From: Dehalococcoidia bacterium
GTDB lineage: Bacteria; Chloroflexota; Dehalococcoidia; Lucifugimonadales; UBA3495
Direction of reading: 5' to 3'
Length of the DNA stretch: 64,000 nucleotides
Assembly (NCBI GenBank): GCA_965204805.1
Contig: OZ242013.1
Location: forward strand, 2,605,232 to 2,669,231
Positions 57,313 to 64,000 of this stretch are shown in pieces. Every line of letters starts with the position of its first letter. Position 1 is the first letter of the stretch. The notes under the pieces are model-generated. The model was not told the DNA's origin. It did not search any database and saw only the letters and a program-made list of their open reading frames with translations. A program made the position numbers and the translations under genes.

Positions 57313-58233
57313 GTAACTATCTCAAAACTCTGAGTTGCCATTGCCGCCGGTACCAGATTAGCGCGCAGGCCAGTTGGATCAGGCCTATGTAGTTGGATGC
57401 CTTCTTGTCGTACCGGACCAGAATTGCCCGGCACTTTGATAGCCAAGCCAAGGTGCGTTCCACCACCCACCTCCGGGCGGGATAGCGTTTCTTGCCCGTG
57501 GCGTCCAGCTTCTCCTCCCCTATCCGCCGGATGTGCCCCCGGTACCCGTGAGCCGCCACCGCCTCGTGGCCCGTTGGATTGTCGTATCCCTTGTCCAAGC
57601 ACAGATGCTGGGTCCCGGTATCAGGACGCTCTACCACTATGTCATTCAAGGTCATGTCCAGCAGCTTGGTGTCGTGAACATTGGCTCCGGCAACCACCAG
57701 GCTCAATGGCCCTCCACCCCGGTCGACCAAGATACTCCGCTTGCTGCCCGCCTTGCCCCGGTCCGTGGGATTGCGGCCTATTGAATCCCCCCAAAACGGG
57801 CCTTGCCCATGGCGCAATCCGCAGCCTGCCACTCCCAATCCAAACCACCAAGTTCCTCGCACTCCGCGACCAACTCCGCCCAGATGCGCCCCAGCACACC
57901 CAACTCCACCCAGCGCTGGAAAGTGCGGTGAATGGTGCTGTCGTCGCCCAGTTCCCGGGGCAACCGGTTCCAGTGGCAGCCGGTGCGCATGCGGAATATG
58001 ATGCCCTCCAGGATTCGCCTCGGATGAACCCGTTTGCGTCCCGTAGCCTTGGGAGGGTCCATCTCCAGAATCACCGGGTGAAGCTGTTCCCACAGATCGT
58101 CCGGAACCTCCCAAATAGTTGCCAAAGTCTCGCTCTTTCCCGTCATCATCCACCGCCTCACCAGATTTCCCTTTATCCTAACCGAACCGGATTATCTCTC
58201 TCCCTTTCAACCTCTCCCGTTTTGAGATAGTTT
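57313..58233 (-). mobile_element. IS5-family insertion sequence (~921 bp) with 14-bp terminal inverted repeats and a CTAA target duplication
   Basis: IR AACTATCTCAAAAC (57315..57328) pairs with GTTTTGAGATAGTT (58219..58232). CTAA occurs at 57309..57312 and again at 58234..58237. Confidence 0.8.
57317..58161 (-). CDS. IS5-family DDE transposase in two overlapping frames (likely -1 programmed frameshift)
   Basis: orfA (to 57778) reads 'WEVPDDLWEQLHPV...RMRTGCHWNRLPRELGDDSTIHRTFQRW...GKARFGG'. orfB reads 'DSIGRNPTDRGKAGSKRSILVDRGGGPLSLVVAGANVHDTKLL...CLDKGYDN...RWVVERTLAWL'. The slippery T4G6 on the coding strand is at 57787..57796. Confidence 0.8.
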
Positions 58234-58488
58234 CTAAGTATGATGAGAACGCCCGCCGGTTAGCAGGATGCTCCCTGCACCAGGGTTCAGGGTGACTTGG
58301 CAGACTGCCATTCCTTGCAGACTGCCTCTTGTTGACAGGCGTTCGGCAACATTTAGGCTGGCGAACACCGACACTCCGCGGGCCTGGCACTCGCTAACGT
58401 CGCGAAAGACCCGGTCCGGCCTTTCCGCCCGTTGAGACCGGAAATCGTCGTCGGTGGGCGGGTTGTTGCGGACCAGACGATAGACCAC
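58234..58488 (-). CDS. hypothetical small protein
   Basis: 84 aa with a GTG start: 'VYRLVRNNPPTDDDFRSQRA...ARGVSVFASLNVAERL...'. Its TAG stop lies within the IS target duplication. Confidence 0.35.
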   Translation of the reverse strand: MVYRLVRNNPPTDDDFRSQRAERPDRVFRDVSECQARGVSVFASLNVAERLSTRGSLQGMAVCQVTLNPGAGSILLTGGRSHHT

Positions 58489-58761
58489 TCTCGTCGCGGC
58501 GATTTCTTCCGCATCGTCCGGCGGGCAAGGATTCGCGGTAGGTCATAGGCTTGGTGTTTCCGTTACTCTCCAGTCTAGTTTGATGGGTGCCCAGCGTCAA
58601 AATGGGCCGACATCCTAGCTGTGGATCAGTTCCAGTGCCTGCATCACCTTTGGAGGTAAGCGGCGTATTCCTCACTGGTTTGTTCGTGCGGGCGGGGTGA
58701 ACACGGTTCAAGCGACGGCAGCGGTATGGTCACGGCAGTCCCTTGATTGCGTCCTTCGCAG

Positions 58762-59211
58762 TTACCCGCCGCGCAGCCGCCGGTTCTCCTCTTCCAGTTC
58801 GCGGATCCGGGCCTCGTCGCGACGTTGCTCCGCCATTCTGGCCTCGCGTTCGTTCTCTACCTGCTCTTCGGCCCTCAGACGCGCCTCCCGCTCGGTGTTG
58901 CGTTCCGCTTCGGCAGCAGCCCAGGCCTCCATCTCTTCAATGCGGGCCTCACGCTCTGCAAGATGGCCTTCGCGCTCAGCATCAGCCCGAGCCCGCTCGC
59001 CCTCGAACGTGGCTATGTGCCGGCCTGTCGCCGGGTCGTGGCAGGCCAACCGGCCCTGCTCCCAGCGCCAGTTCAGGTTCAATACCGCGCTGTACCCTTG
59101 CAGGGTTCCGTCCGCCAGCTCCTCGATGGCGATGGATTCGTACCGGCCCTCCACCAGCCGGTCGCCGCCTCCATGCCGGGTTCTGTGCTCAGTAGCTTGG
59201 GTGAGGCACAC
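58762..59211 (-). pseudogene. Uma2-family (DUF820) endonuclease, C-terminal fragment
   Basis: 'RLVEGRYESIA...LNLNWRWEQGRLACHDPATGRHIATFEGERARADAERE...RIRELEEENRRLRG' is the characteristic Uma2 tail. The N-terminal nuclease core is missing. Confidence 0.5.
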
Positions 59212-59229
59212 GCCGTTGGCACCCAGCTT

Positions 59230-59475
59230 TCATGTCCTCCGCCTATTGCGGGACCAAAAGATGTTGATCAGGGGTCCTGTGCAGGCCAGAATTCCACCCG
59301 CCACAAGGGTCCAACCTAAGCCGGACTCTCCATTTGACAGAGAGTTCACGGCTGCGACTATTACCACTGCTGCGATGATGACTCCACCCGCTAGGGTGAT
59401 CTTGTCTACGAACGAGAATGGCCTATTCCCCCGACGTTCATCCCGAGGTTGTCGATCGTTCTCTCCATTAGTCAT
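59230..59475 (-). CDS. small membrane protein (2 TM)
   Basis: 'ITLAGGVIIAAVVIVAAV...GWTLVAGGILACTGPLINIFW', 81 aa. Confidence 0.35.
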   Translation of the reverse strand: MTNGENDRQPRDERRGNRPFSFVDKITLAGGVIIAAVVIVAAVNSLSNGESGLGWTLVAGGILACTGPLINIFWSRNRRRT

Positions 59476-59547
59476 GATCGCTCCGGCATGATGCCTTGGC
59501 TTGGTGTGTCACGGCTTCACTGGCTTGGCTGGGATCTCCACGCTGCA

Positions 59548-59775
59548 TCAACCGGCCAGGTACCCGAGCAAGGCACCGGTGGATCCTTTCAGGAGCCAGT
59601 CAGTTGCCTCCAGAAACTTCCTCTCCGCAGGGGAGGGATCGGACGATGCTACCCGCGCCTGCCAGATCATTCCGGCGACACTGGCGACTATCAAGAATAG
59701 CAGGACTCCTGTCACTACGTACTGGCTCATTCTTGACTCGCTGGTTCCTGTTAGGTTCAGGTATGGTTGGGCCAT
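59548..59775 (-). CDS. small membrane protein
   Basis: 'YVVTGVLLFLIVASVAGMIW', 75 aa. Confidence 0.35.
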   Translation of the reverse strand: MAQPYLNLTGTSESRMSQYVVTGVLLFLIVASVAGMIWQARVASSDPSPAERKFLEATDWLLKGSTGALLGYLAG

Positions 59776-59776
59776 G

Positions 59777-59950
59777 TCAGTACAGTGCTAACATGACTCC
59801 TCCGCCGACGGCAAGAATGGACCCGCAGAACGTGACGGATTGGGCGGCTCCTGTATTCTGGTTCCCTGTGCTTTGGAATTCGGTCCAAATCCACGTTCCC
59901 ACGAGGAACAGGCATACTCCGACCAAGGCGGTGATGCCCAGTATCCACAT
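59777..59950 (-). CDS. small membrane protein (57 aa, below the ORF-track cutoff)
   Basis: My own translation is 'MWILGITALVGVCLFLVGTWIWTEFQSTGNQNTGAAQSVTFCGSILAVGGGVMLALY*'. Its stop is 1 nt from the next ORF start. Confidence 0.3.
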   Translation of the reverse strand: MWILGITALVGVCLFLVGTWIWTEFQSTGNQNTGAAQSVTFCGSILAVGGGVMLALY

Positions 59951-60057
59951 GGCGGACGCCTCCTTGCGGAAAGGATGGGAGATCCACGGGCCTTGCCCTC
60001 ATTGTACTACCGGCAAGACCGATCTGGGACCGGTCGTCTCTACTCCGCTAGGGATAT

Positions 60058-60213
60058 TTAGCGATGTCTTAACCGGTCCGGGTGGTAGGCATTGTCGTTG
60101 CCGCTGAGCTGGTCGAAGCTGTGCATGTCGTCAAGCTCGCGCTCCGGCGGGTCCGGCAAGACGAACCGCTCTCCGGTCTTCGGCTGCTTGGCTGCAGTGT
60201 CGGGCGTGGTCAT
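60058..60213 (-). CDS. small hypothetical protein (51 aa, below the ORF-track cutoff)
   Basis: My own translation is 'MTTPDTAAKQPKTGERFVLPDPPERELDDMHSFDQLSGNDNAYHPDRLRHR*'. An AGAGG lies upstream. Confidence 0.25.
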   Translation of the reverse strand: MTTPDTAAKQPKTGERFVLPDPPERELDDMHSFDQLSGNDNAYHPDRLRHR

Positions 60214-60430
60214 AGTGAACCTCTGGGGATGGCAGCGTTGGAGCGTTCACGGCCTGGTTGGCGGGATTATATGGCATTCGGCTAGACCCTGCGAGACTGC
60301 GGACTGTCAGCGCCCGGCGGTTACACCCTGCCCGCCGGGGCGCACGGCGCTCGGGGTAGCCCCGGTTCAGGGGTCCAGTCGCAGCTCTACGCCGTACCAG
60401 GCTCCGGCACGGACACCGTCCCGCTCTGTC

Positions 60431-61132
60431 TCAGGCTGCGCAGCAGGCGGCCCTACAGGAACTCAGGCCGAACAGGCAGGACCGGCAGGAGCACAGTTGC
60501 AGGTCGCCGGGGCGTCCACTCCCGCGAATCCCCGCCAGTCCCTCCCGAAGCAGCCAGGGGACCAGCAGCAGGGCCGTTACCGCATCCAGCCACCACCAGC
60601 CCAGCGCGGCGTTGGCCACCAGTCCAATAAGCAGAGTCAGGGAGAGGACCCCGCAGGCCAGTGTCTCTTTGGCCTCGATGGCAATGGACTGCAGGTTGCC
60701 CCGGGCCGCGATGCGAAGCTTCCAGACCGCTATCAGGGGCATCAGGGTGACCGAGGCCAATGCCAGCCCGATGCCCACCAGGGATTCCTCGGCGCCACTT
60801 CGTTGCGAAAGGGCCCATATCGACTGCAACACGATGGCGGATGACAGGGCGATAAACGTCCAGCCAATGAACCGGATTACCCGCTGCTCCACGGCCTCGG
60901 CGTGCTCACCATCCGTGATGCCCACCCTCCAGAGCACAAGGGAGGCGGCCGCCACCTCGATGCAGCTGTCGGCCCCGAAAAAGACCAGGGCGAAGCTGCC
61001 GGCAACGATCCCGGACCAGACGGCAATTGTACCCTCTGCAACATTGTAGAGAATTGTGAACAGGAGCAGAAATCTTGCGGTATTGAGCAATGCGACTGAT
61101 GCTCCCTGCCTGGATGGAGAGGGTTTTAACAC
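60431..61132 (-). CDS. cation-diffusion-facilitator-like membrane protein (transmembrane domain only) with a Cys-rich tail
   Basis: Six predicted TM segments, 'FGADSCIEVAAASLVLW', and the C-terminus 'CSCRSCLFGLSSCRAACCAA'. Confidence 0.45.
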   Translation of the reverse strand: MLKPSPSRQGASVALLNTARFLLLFTILYNVAEGTIAVWSGIVAGSFALVFFGADSCIEVAAASLVLWRVGITDGEHAEAVEQRVIRFIGWTFIALSSAIVLQSIWALSQRSGAEESLVGIGLALASVTLMPLIAVWKLRIAARGNLQSIAIEAKETLACGVLSLTLLIGLVANAALGWWWLDAVTALLLVPWLLREGLAGIRGSGRPGDLQLCSCRSCLFGLSSCRAACCAA

Positions 61133-61410
61133 AAGAGCCTTTGCCAGTCCAGTGTCGAGCAGCGCCAGTTGCGTGGACTGTTCCGTACCGAGGCTGGAGG
61201 CCGGGTTTCCGTCCCGGCCCCTTTCGGTCTGTTCCTGGAGTTGACGAAGGGACGCCGCCGTTTAAGGGCGGGATTCTTAGCTCTGCAACAGGTTTGGCAT
61301 CCGCTCTGGCGCACTGCGTCACCCTTGCGTATCCGCATCAGTCGTGCGCGAGACGGCGGCCGGGGAACCGTGGCTTACCGCTGTATTCTCCAGTTGGCTC
61401 CGCTGACGGG

Positions 61411-62070
61411 TCAAAAGTCGTCCGTGGTCGCTGCTACTGCCTGTGGCTCCCCTTCCATTCTCTCCGGGCAGTCAGCCCTCGTGATGTCGCAGAACCGGCA
61501 CTCGCCGACGGACGGCACCCGCCGGGCCGGTCTATCTCCTCCCAGACGCTGCACCAGGGCACCCAGGTTCCTCACGAACTCCCGGCCCACGGCCTCCGGG
61601 GGTATTTCGACCGCGTGGTCCGTATACGCTATCTGCCCGCGGAACTCCAGCCCCCTGTACCTTTCCACGCCCTTGGGAACGGCGTACTGGTAGATCATTA
61701 CCTGCGCGCTGTGGGAGGGCTGGGGTTTCCCTGTCTTGGCGTCGATGATGACCGCCTCTTTGTCCCTCAGCGCGATAAGGTCCGGCTTCCCGGCGAGAGT
61801 CGCTACGTTCCCCCGGAGCACGAAACTGTTTTGGCCCTCGGCGGTTACGGTATAGCCGTTGTCCTCCCACTCCGCCTGGAGTTGGTTCACCAGGGCGGTG
61901 TGTTTCATCATCCAGCCCGCTTGGTCAAACCCGGAACTGACCTTCTGCCAACTCCAGCTTTCATGCTGGGCCTTGAACCAGGCCGCCCACTCGCAGGAGT
62001 TTTCCCCGGTCAGCAGCTTGGCGGCCCACGTGACCCAGATGTATGGTCCTGACGAGCGCAGTCGGGCCAC
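61411..62070 (-). CDS. Cas4/RecB-like PD-(D/E)xK nuclease with a 4-Cys cluster
   Basis: 'GKPDLIALRDKEAVIIDAKTGKPQPSHSAQVMIYQY' (D...D/E-x-K...Q-x-x-x-Y). An N-terminal Cys ('ENSCEW') plus C-terminal 'CRFCDITRADC' fits Cas4-type Fe-S ligands. Confidence 0.65.
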   Translation of the reverse strand: MARLRSSGPYIWVTWAAKLLTGENSCEWAAWFKAQHESWSWQKVSSGFDQAGWMMKHTALVNQLQAEWEDNGYTVTAEGQNSFVLRGNVATLAGKPDLIALRDKEAVIIDAKTGKPQPSHSAQVMIYQYAVPKGVERYRGLEFRGQIAYTDHAVEIPPEAVGREFVRNLGALVQRLGGDRPARRVPSVGECRFCDITRADCPERMEGEPQAVAATTDDF

Positions 62071-62452
62071 GGGCGACCTCCGGCGGGATGACTGGGGACA
62101 TAAAGGTCATTATCCTCCAGTCTACCGGGCCCTGTCGGGAAAGGCGTCAACGGGCAACTGTCATCAGTCGCCCCAGCTGCGGTGCGCAGTGCCCGAAGGT
62201 ACTGCCTATTGCCCGCGTGTGCCGACGTTCCGGAATGAACATTGATGCTCCACTTCTCAGCGGGCTGAGGCAGCACTGGCGCACTTCAGCGTCTCACAGG
62301 GTTCCGTCGCCCACGTGGCCCAAGGCGGCCTGGTGTGCAAGTGTCTCATGTGGGCGTAATCGCCTGCCCTCAGGCGCGTCAGCATCGTCTACTGCGACGC
62401 CGCCATTGCCGTCTCCGCGTACAGCTCCACCTTCACCGTCCCAGGGCCGGAG

Positions 62453-63061
62453 CTATGTTGCTGCTCCTCTGGACCTTCTGGCCTTTTCCCTGGAGCGCTT
62501 GCGGTATTCCCGGCGCTTTTCGGCACAGGTTTGACATCTGGTCTGCCCCTCGATGGCTTTGTTTGGGCAGGTCACACACTTTCCTGCTTCCTTGGCTTCC
62601 CGGGCCTTCTCTAGGGCGCGCCGTTTCAGGTACTCCTTACGCTCGGGGCTTTGCCGTCTTTCTCGCTCGTATTCCCTACGCTGTTCGGGCGTTTGTCTTG
62701 CCTTAGGAACGACTGGTTCCGATTCGGATTGCTGTGCTAGGGTTTCCTTCCGGGCTTTCGCCTTGCGGCGGTATTCTCTTTGTCTTTCGGCGCACCTTTC
62801 GCATCTGGCCTGTCCGGGTAAAGGGGGATTCTTGCAATTCAGGCACGGTCCGCCTTCCCTGGCTCTTCGCAGTCGTTCTTTTTGATAGCGTGCCTTGTAT
62901 TCCCTATACCATTTTTGCCACTTAGGGTCATTGGCTCTCTTGAGCCGTTGTTTTCGGTGTCCTTCCCTGCTGTGCAGCTTTCTGCGGCGCTCCGCTTCCT
63001 CCTGTTCCTCCCGCGTTGGCTTTGATTTCGAAGGGATGGAGAAGGTATACTGGAACCGGAT
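62453..63061 (-). CDS. highly basic protein with two Zn-ribbon repeats; no canonical start codon
   Basis: My own translation is '...KPTREEQEEAERRRKLHSREGHRKQRLKRANDPKWQKWYREYKARYQKERLRRAREGGPCLNCKNPPLPGQARCERCAERQREYRRKAKARKE...EAGKCVTCPNKAIEGQTRCQTCAEKRREYRKRSREKARRSRGAAT*'. The frame is open up to the tRNA. There is no in-frame ATG/GTG/TTG before residue ~160, which explains its absence from the track. Confidence 0.4.
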   Translation of the reverse strand: MRFQYTFSIPSKSKPTREEQEEAERRRKLHSREGHRKQRLKRANDPKWQKWYREYKARYQKERLRRAREGGPCLNCKNPPLPGQARCERCAERQREYRRKAKARKETLAQQSESEPVVPKARQTPEQRREYERERRQSPERKEYLKRRALEKAREAKEAGKCVTCPNKAIEGQTRCQTCAEKRREYRKRSREKARRSRGAAT

Positions 63062-63079
63062 TCTTTTGGAACAATACAG

Positions 63080-63151
63080 GGGCCCGTAGCTCAGTGGTAG
63101 AGCAGCCGGCTCATAACCGGCTGGTCGTTGGTTCGATCCCAGCCGGGCCCA
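63080..63151 (+). tRNA. tRNA with CAT anticodon (elongator Met, or Ile2 if lysidine-modified); CCA not encoded
   Basis: Hand-folded cloverleaf: acceptor GGGCCCG/CGGGCCC, D arm GCTC-AGTGGTA-GAGC, anticodon arm GCCGG-CTCATAA-CCGGC, T arm GTTGG-TTCGATC-CCAGC, discriminator A. Positions 1:72 are paired, so it is not an initiator. Confidence 0.9.
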
Positions 63152-63289
63152 CTTGGTCTCGTAACAAGTGCTTCGAGTTACGCCGGTGGTGAGTGGTGGA
63201 TAGGATTGTGCCTACCCCAACAACTCGAGAGCTGTGGGGTAGGTGCGAAACTTTCTGACTAGACATGCTAACAAGGAGGACGATCGATA

Positions 63290-64000
63290 ATGACGCAGCG
63301 CACAAAACGCGAGGAAGAATCAGCGGCGATCATCGAACCTTTTATCGAAGAGTGGCTCTCACGTACTGGGTCTCATTTCGCAGCATTCAGGAATTGGGCT
63401 GTTGGTCAAGTTCTGTGGGACGAAAACCTGTCTGACGAGCAAATTGAAGAAGCGGTCACTGTGGACGGTCCTGGTGATATGGGAATAGATGCATGGCATC
63501 TAGCGGACGATGACTCAATAAAAGTGCTTTATCTTGTTCAGTCCAAGGACACCAGAGCTACTAAGAACGATCTTGACAAACTGAAGAACGGATTCCTAGA
63601 TCTCTTCGATCCCAGCAAAAGCGTCAACGCCAATACCGAGGTGAGGATGCGGGCTGCAGAACTTCAATCGCAAGTGAATGATGGCCTAACAATTGAGATG
63701 CATTTGGTAACATCTAAACTCGTTTCGCGAAATCTTCGAACCGACGGCCAGCCATTGTGGACCGAAAACATCTCCTTCTTGGGCAGTACGTTCGCAACAG
63801 CCTTTTATGTGCATGATGTTGAATCACTAGCTGCGAACATACGAGTAATCCAAGAACAACCTATCACTGCTCGATTCCACCTTGGCAAAGATGACTATTT
63901 CGAGTACCAAACCGAAAGCAAATACTTGACCGTTTCCGCTGCAATAAGAGCTGACGAATTAGCACATTTGTTCAATCAGAATAGGCTAAATCTATTCCGA
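63290..64000 (+). CDS. AIPR-family abortive-infection protein, N-terminal part (runs off the window)
   Basis: The ATG follows AAGGAGGA. 'AFRNWAVGQVLWDENLSDEQIEEAVTVDGPGDMGIDAWHLADDDSIKVLYLVQSKDT' matches the AIPR N-terminal pattern (DG-x-x-D-x-GID ... QSK). The region is AT-richer and lies directly 3' of the tRNA. Confidence 0.65.
   Translation, partial: MTQRTKREEESAAIIEPFIEEWLSRTGSHFAAFRNWAVGQVLWDENLSDEQIEEAVTVDGPGDMGIDAWHLADDDSIKVLYLVQSKDTRATKNDLDKLKNGFLDLFDPSKSVNANTEVRMRAAELQSQVNDGLTIEMHLVTSKLVSRNLRTDGQPLWTENISFLGSTFATAFYVHDVESLAANIRVIQEQPITARFHLGKDDYFEYQTESKYLTVSAAIRADELAHLFNQNRLNLFR

Noticed and set aside
63111-63305. The 64-aa minus-strand ORF that overlaps the tRNA gene.
   Set aside because: It is the reverse complement of the tRNA ('...GPAGIEPTTSRL'), a common artefact.

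Overview
High-GC bacterial chromosome segment. Gene content and repeat elements are reminiscent of Chloroflexota-type environmental genomes, but that taxonomy is only a guess. The core backbone is: dnaX(3' end)-ybaB-[TA-like insert]-recR-recO; biotin carboxylase plus a BCCP-like protein; two GMC oxidoreductase paralogs; a plant-type LRR lipoprotein; a MetE-like protein; two complete Opp/Dpp-type ABC importers on the minus strand (13.9-20.4 kb and 21.5-27.4 kb); a two-gene half-transporter ABC exporter; a luciferase-like monooxygenase; acs; a rhodanese; a PfkB kinase; a MaoC-type hydratase pair; lepB; two Gfo/Idh/MocA paralogs; two CaiB/BaiF CoA-transferases; ybjQ. Accessory islets are embedded in this backbone. 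They are: an orphan amino-methyltransferase with a decayed HigB-like toxin; a ParB-like fragment with a repeat protein between the GMC paralogs; an AAA15-type ATPase plus PIN-like pair; an orphan HicB with an HsdR_N-like protein; hicA with two HicB-like genes; a non-canonical Hsp70-like ATPase coupled to a large protein with a GrpE-like C-terminus; and four small retropepsin-like protease genes interleaved with the Gfo paralogs. From about 54.8 kb to the window end lies a decayed mobile/defence region: type I R-M remnants, an IS5-family element, a Uma2 fragment, small membrane ORFs, a Cas4-like nuclease, a Zn-ribbon ORF, tRNA-Met(CAT) and the 5' part of an AIPR abortive-infection gene. The findings I rank highest are three: a rhodanese with an in-frame TGA exactly at the catalytic Cys position followed by a hairpin (candidate selenoprotein), the Hsp70-like/GrpE-like module, and the ATPase/PIN-like pair. 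At least four short repeat families are present, and one of them is translated in-frame inside acs and a CaiB gene. No rRNA genes or CRISPR arrays were seen. All coordinates were hand-counted; motif positions may be off by 1-2 nt.
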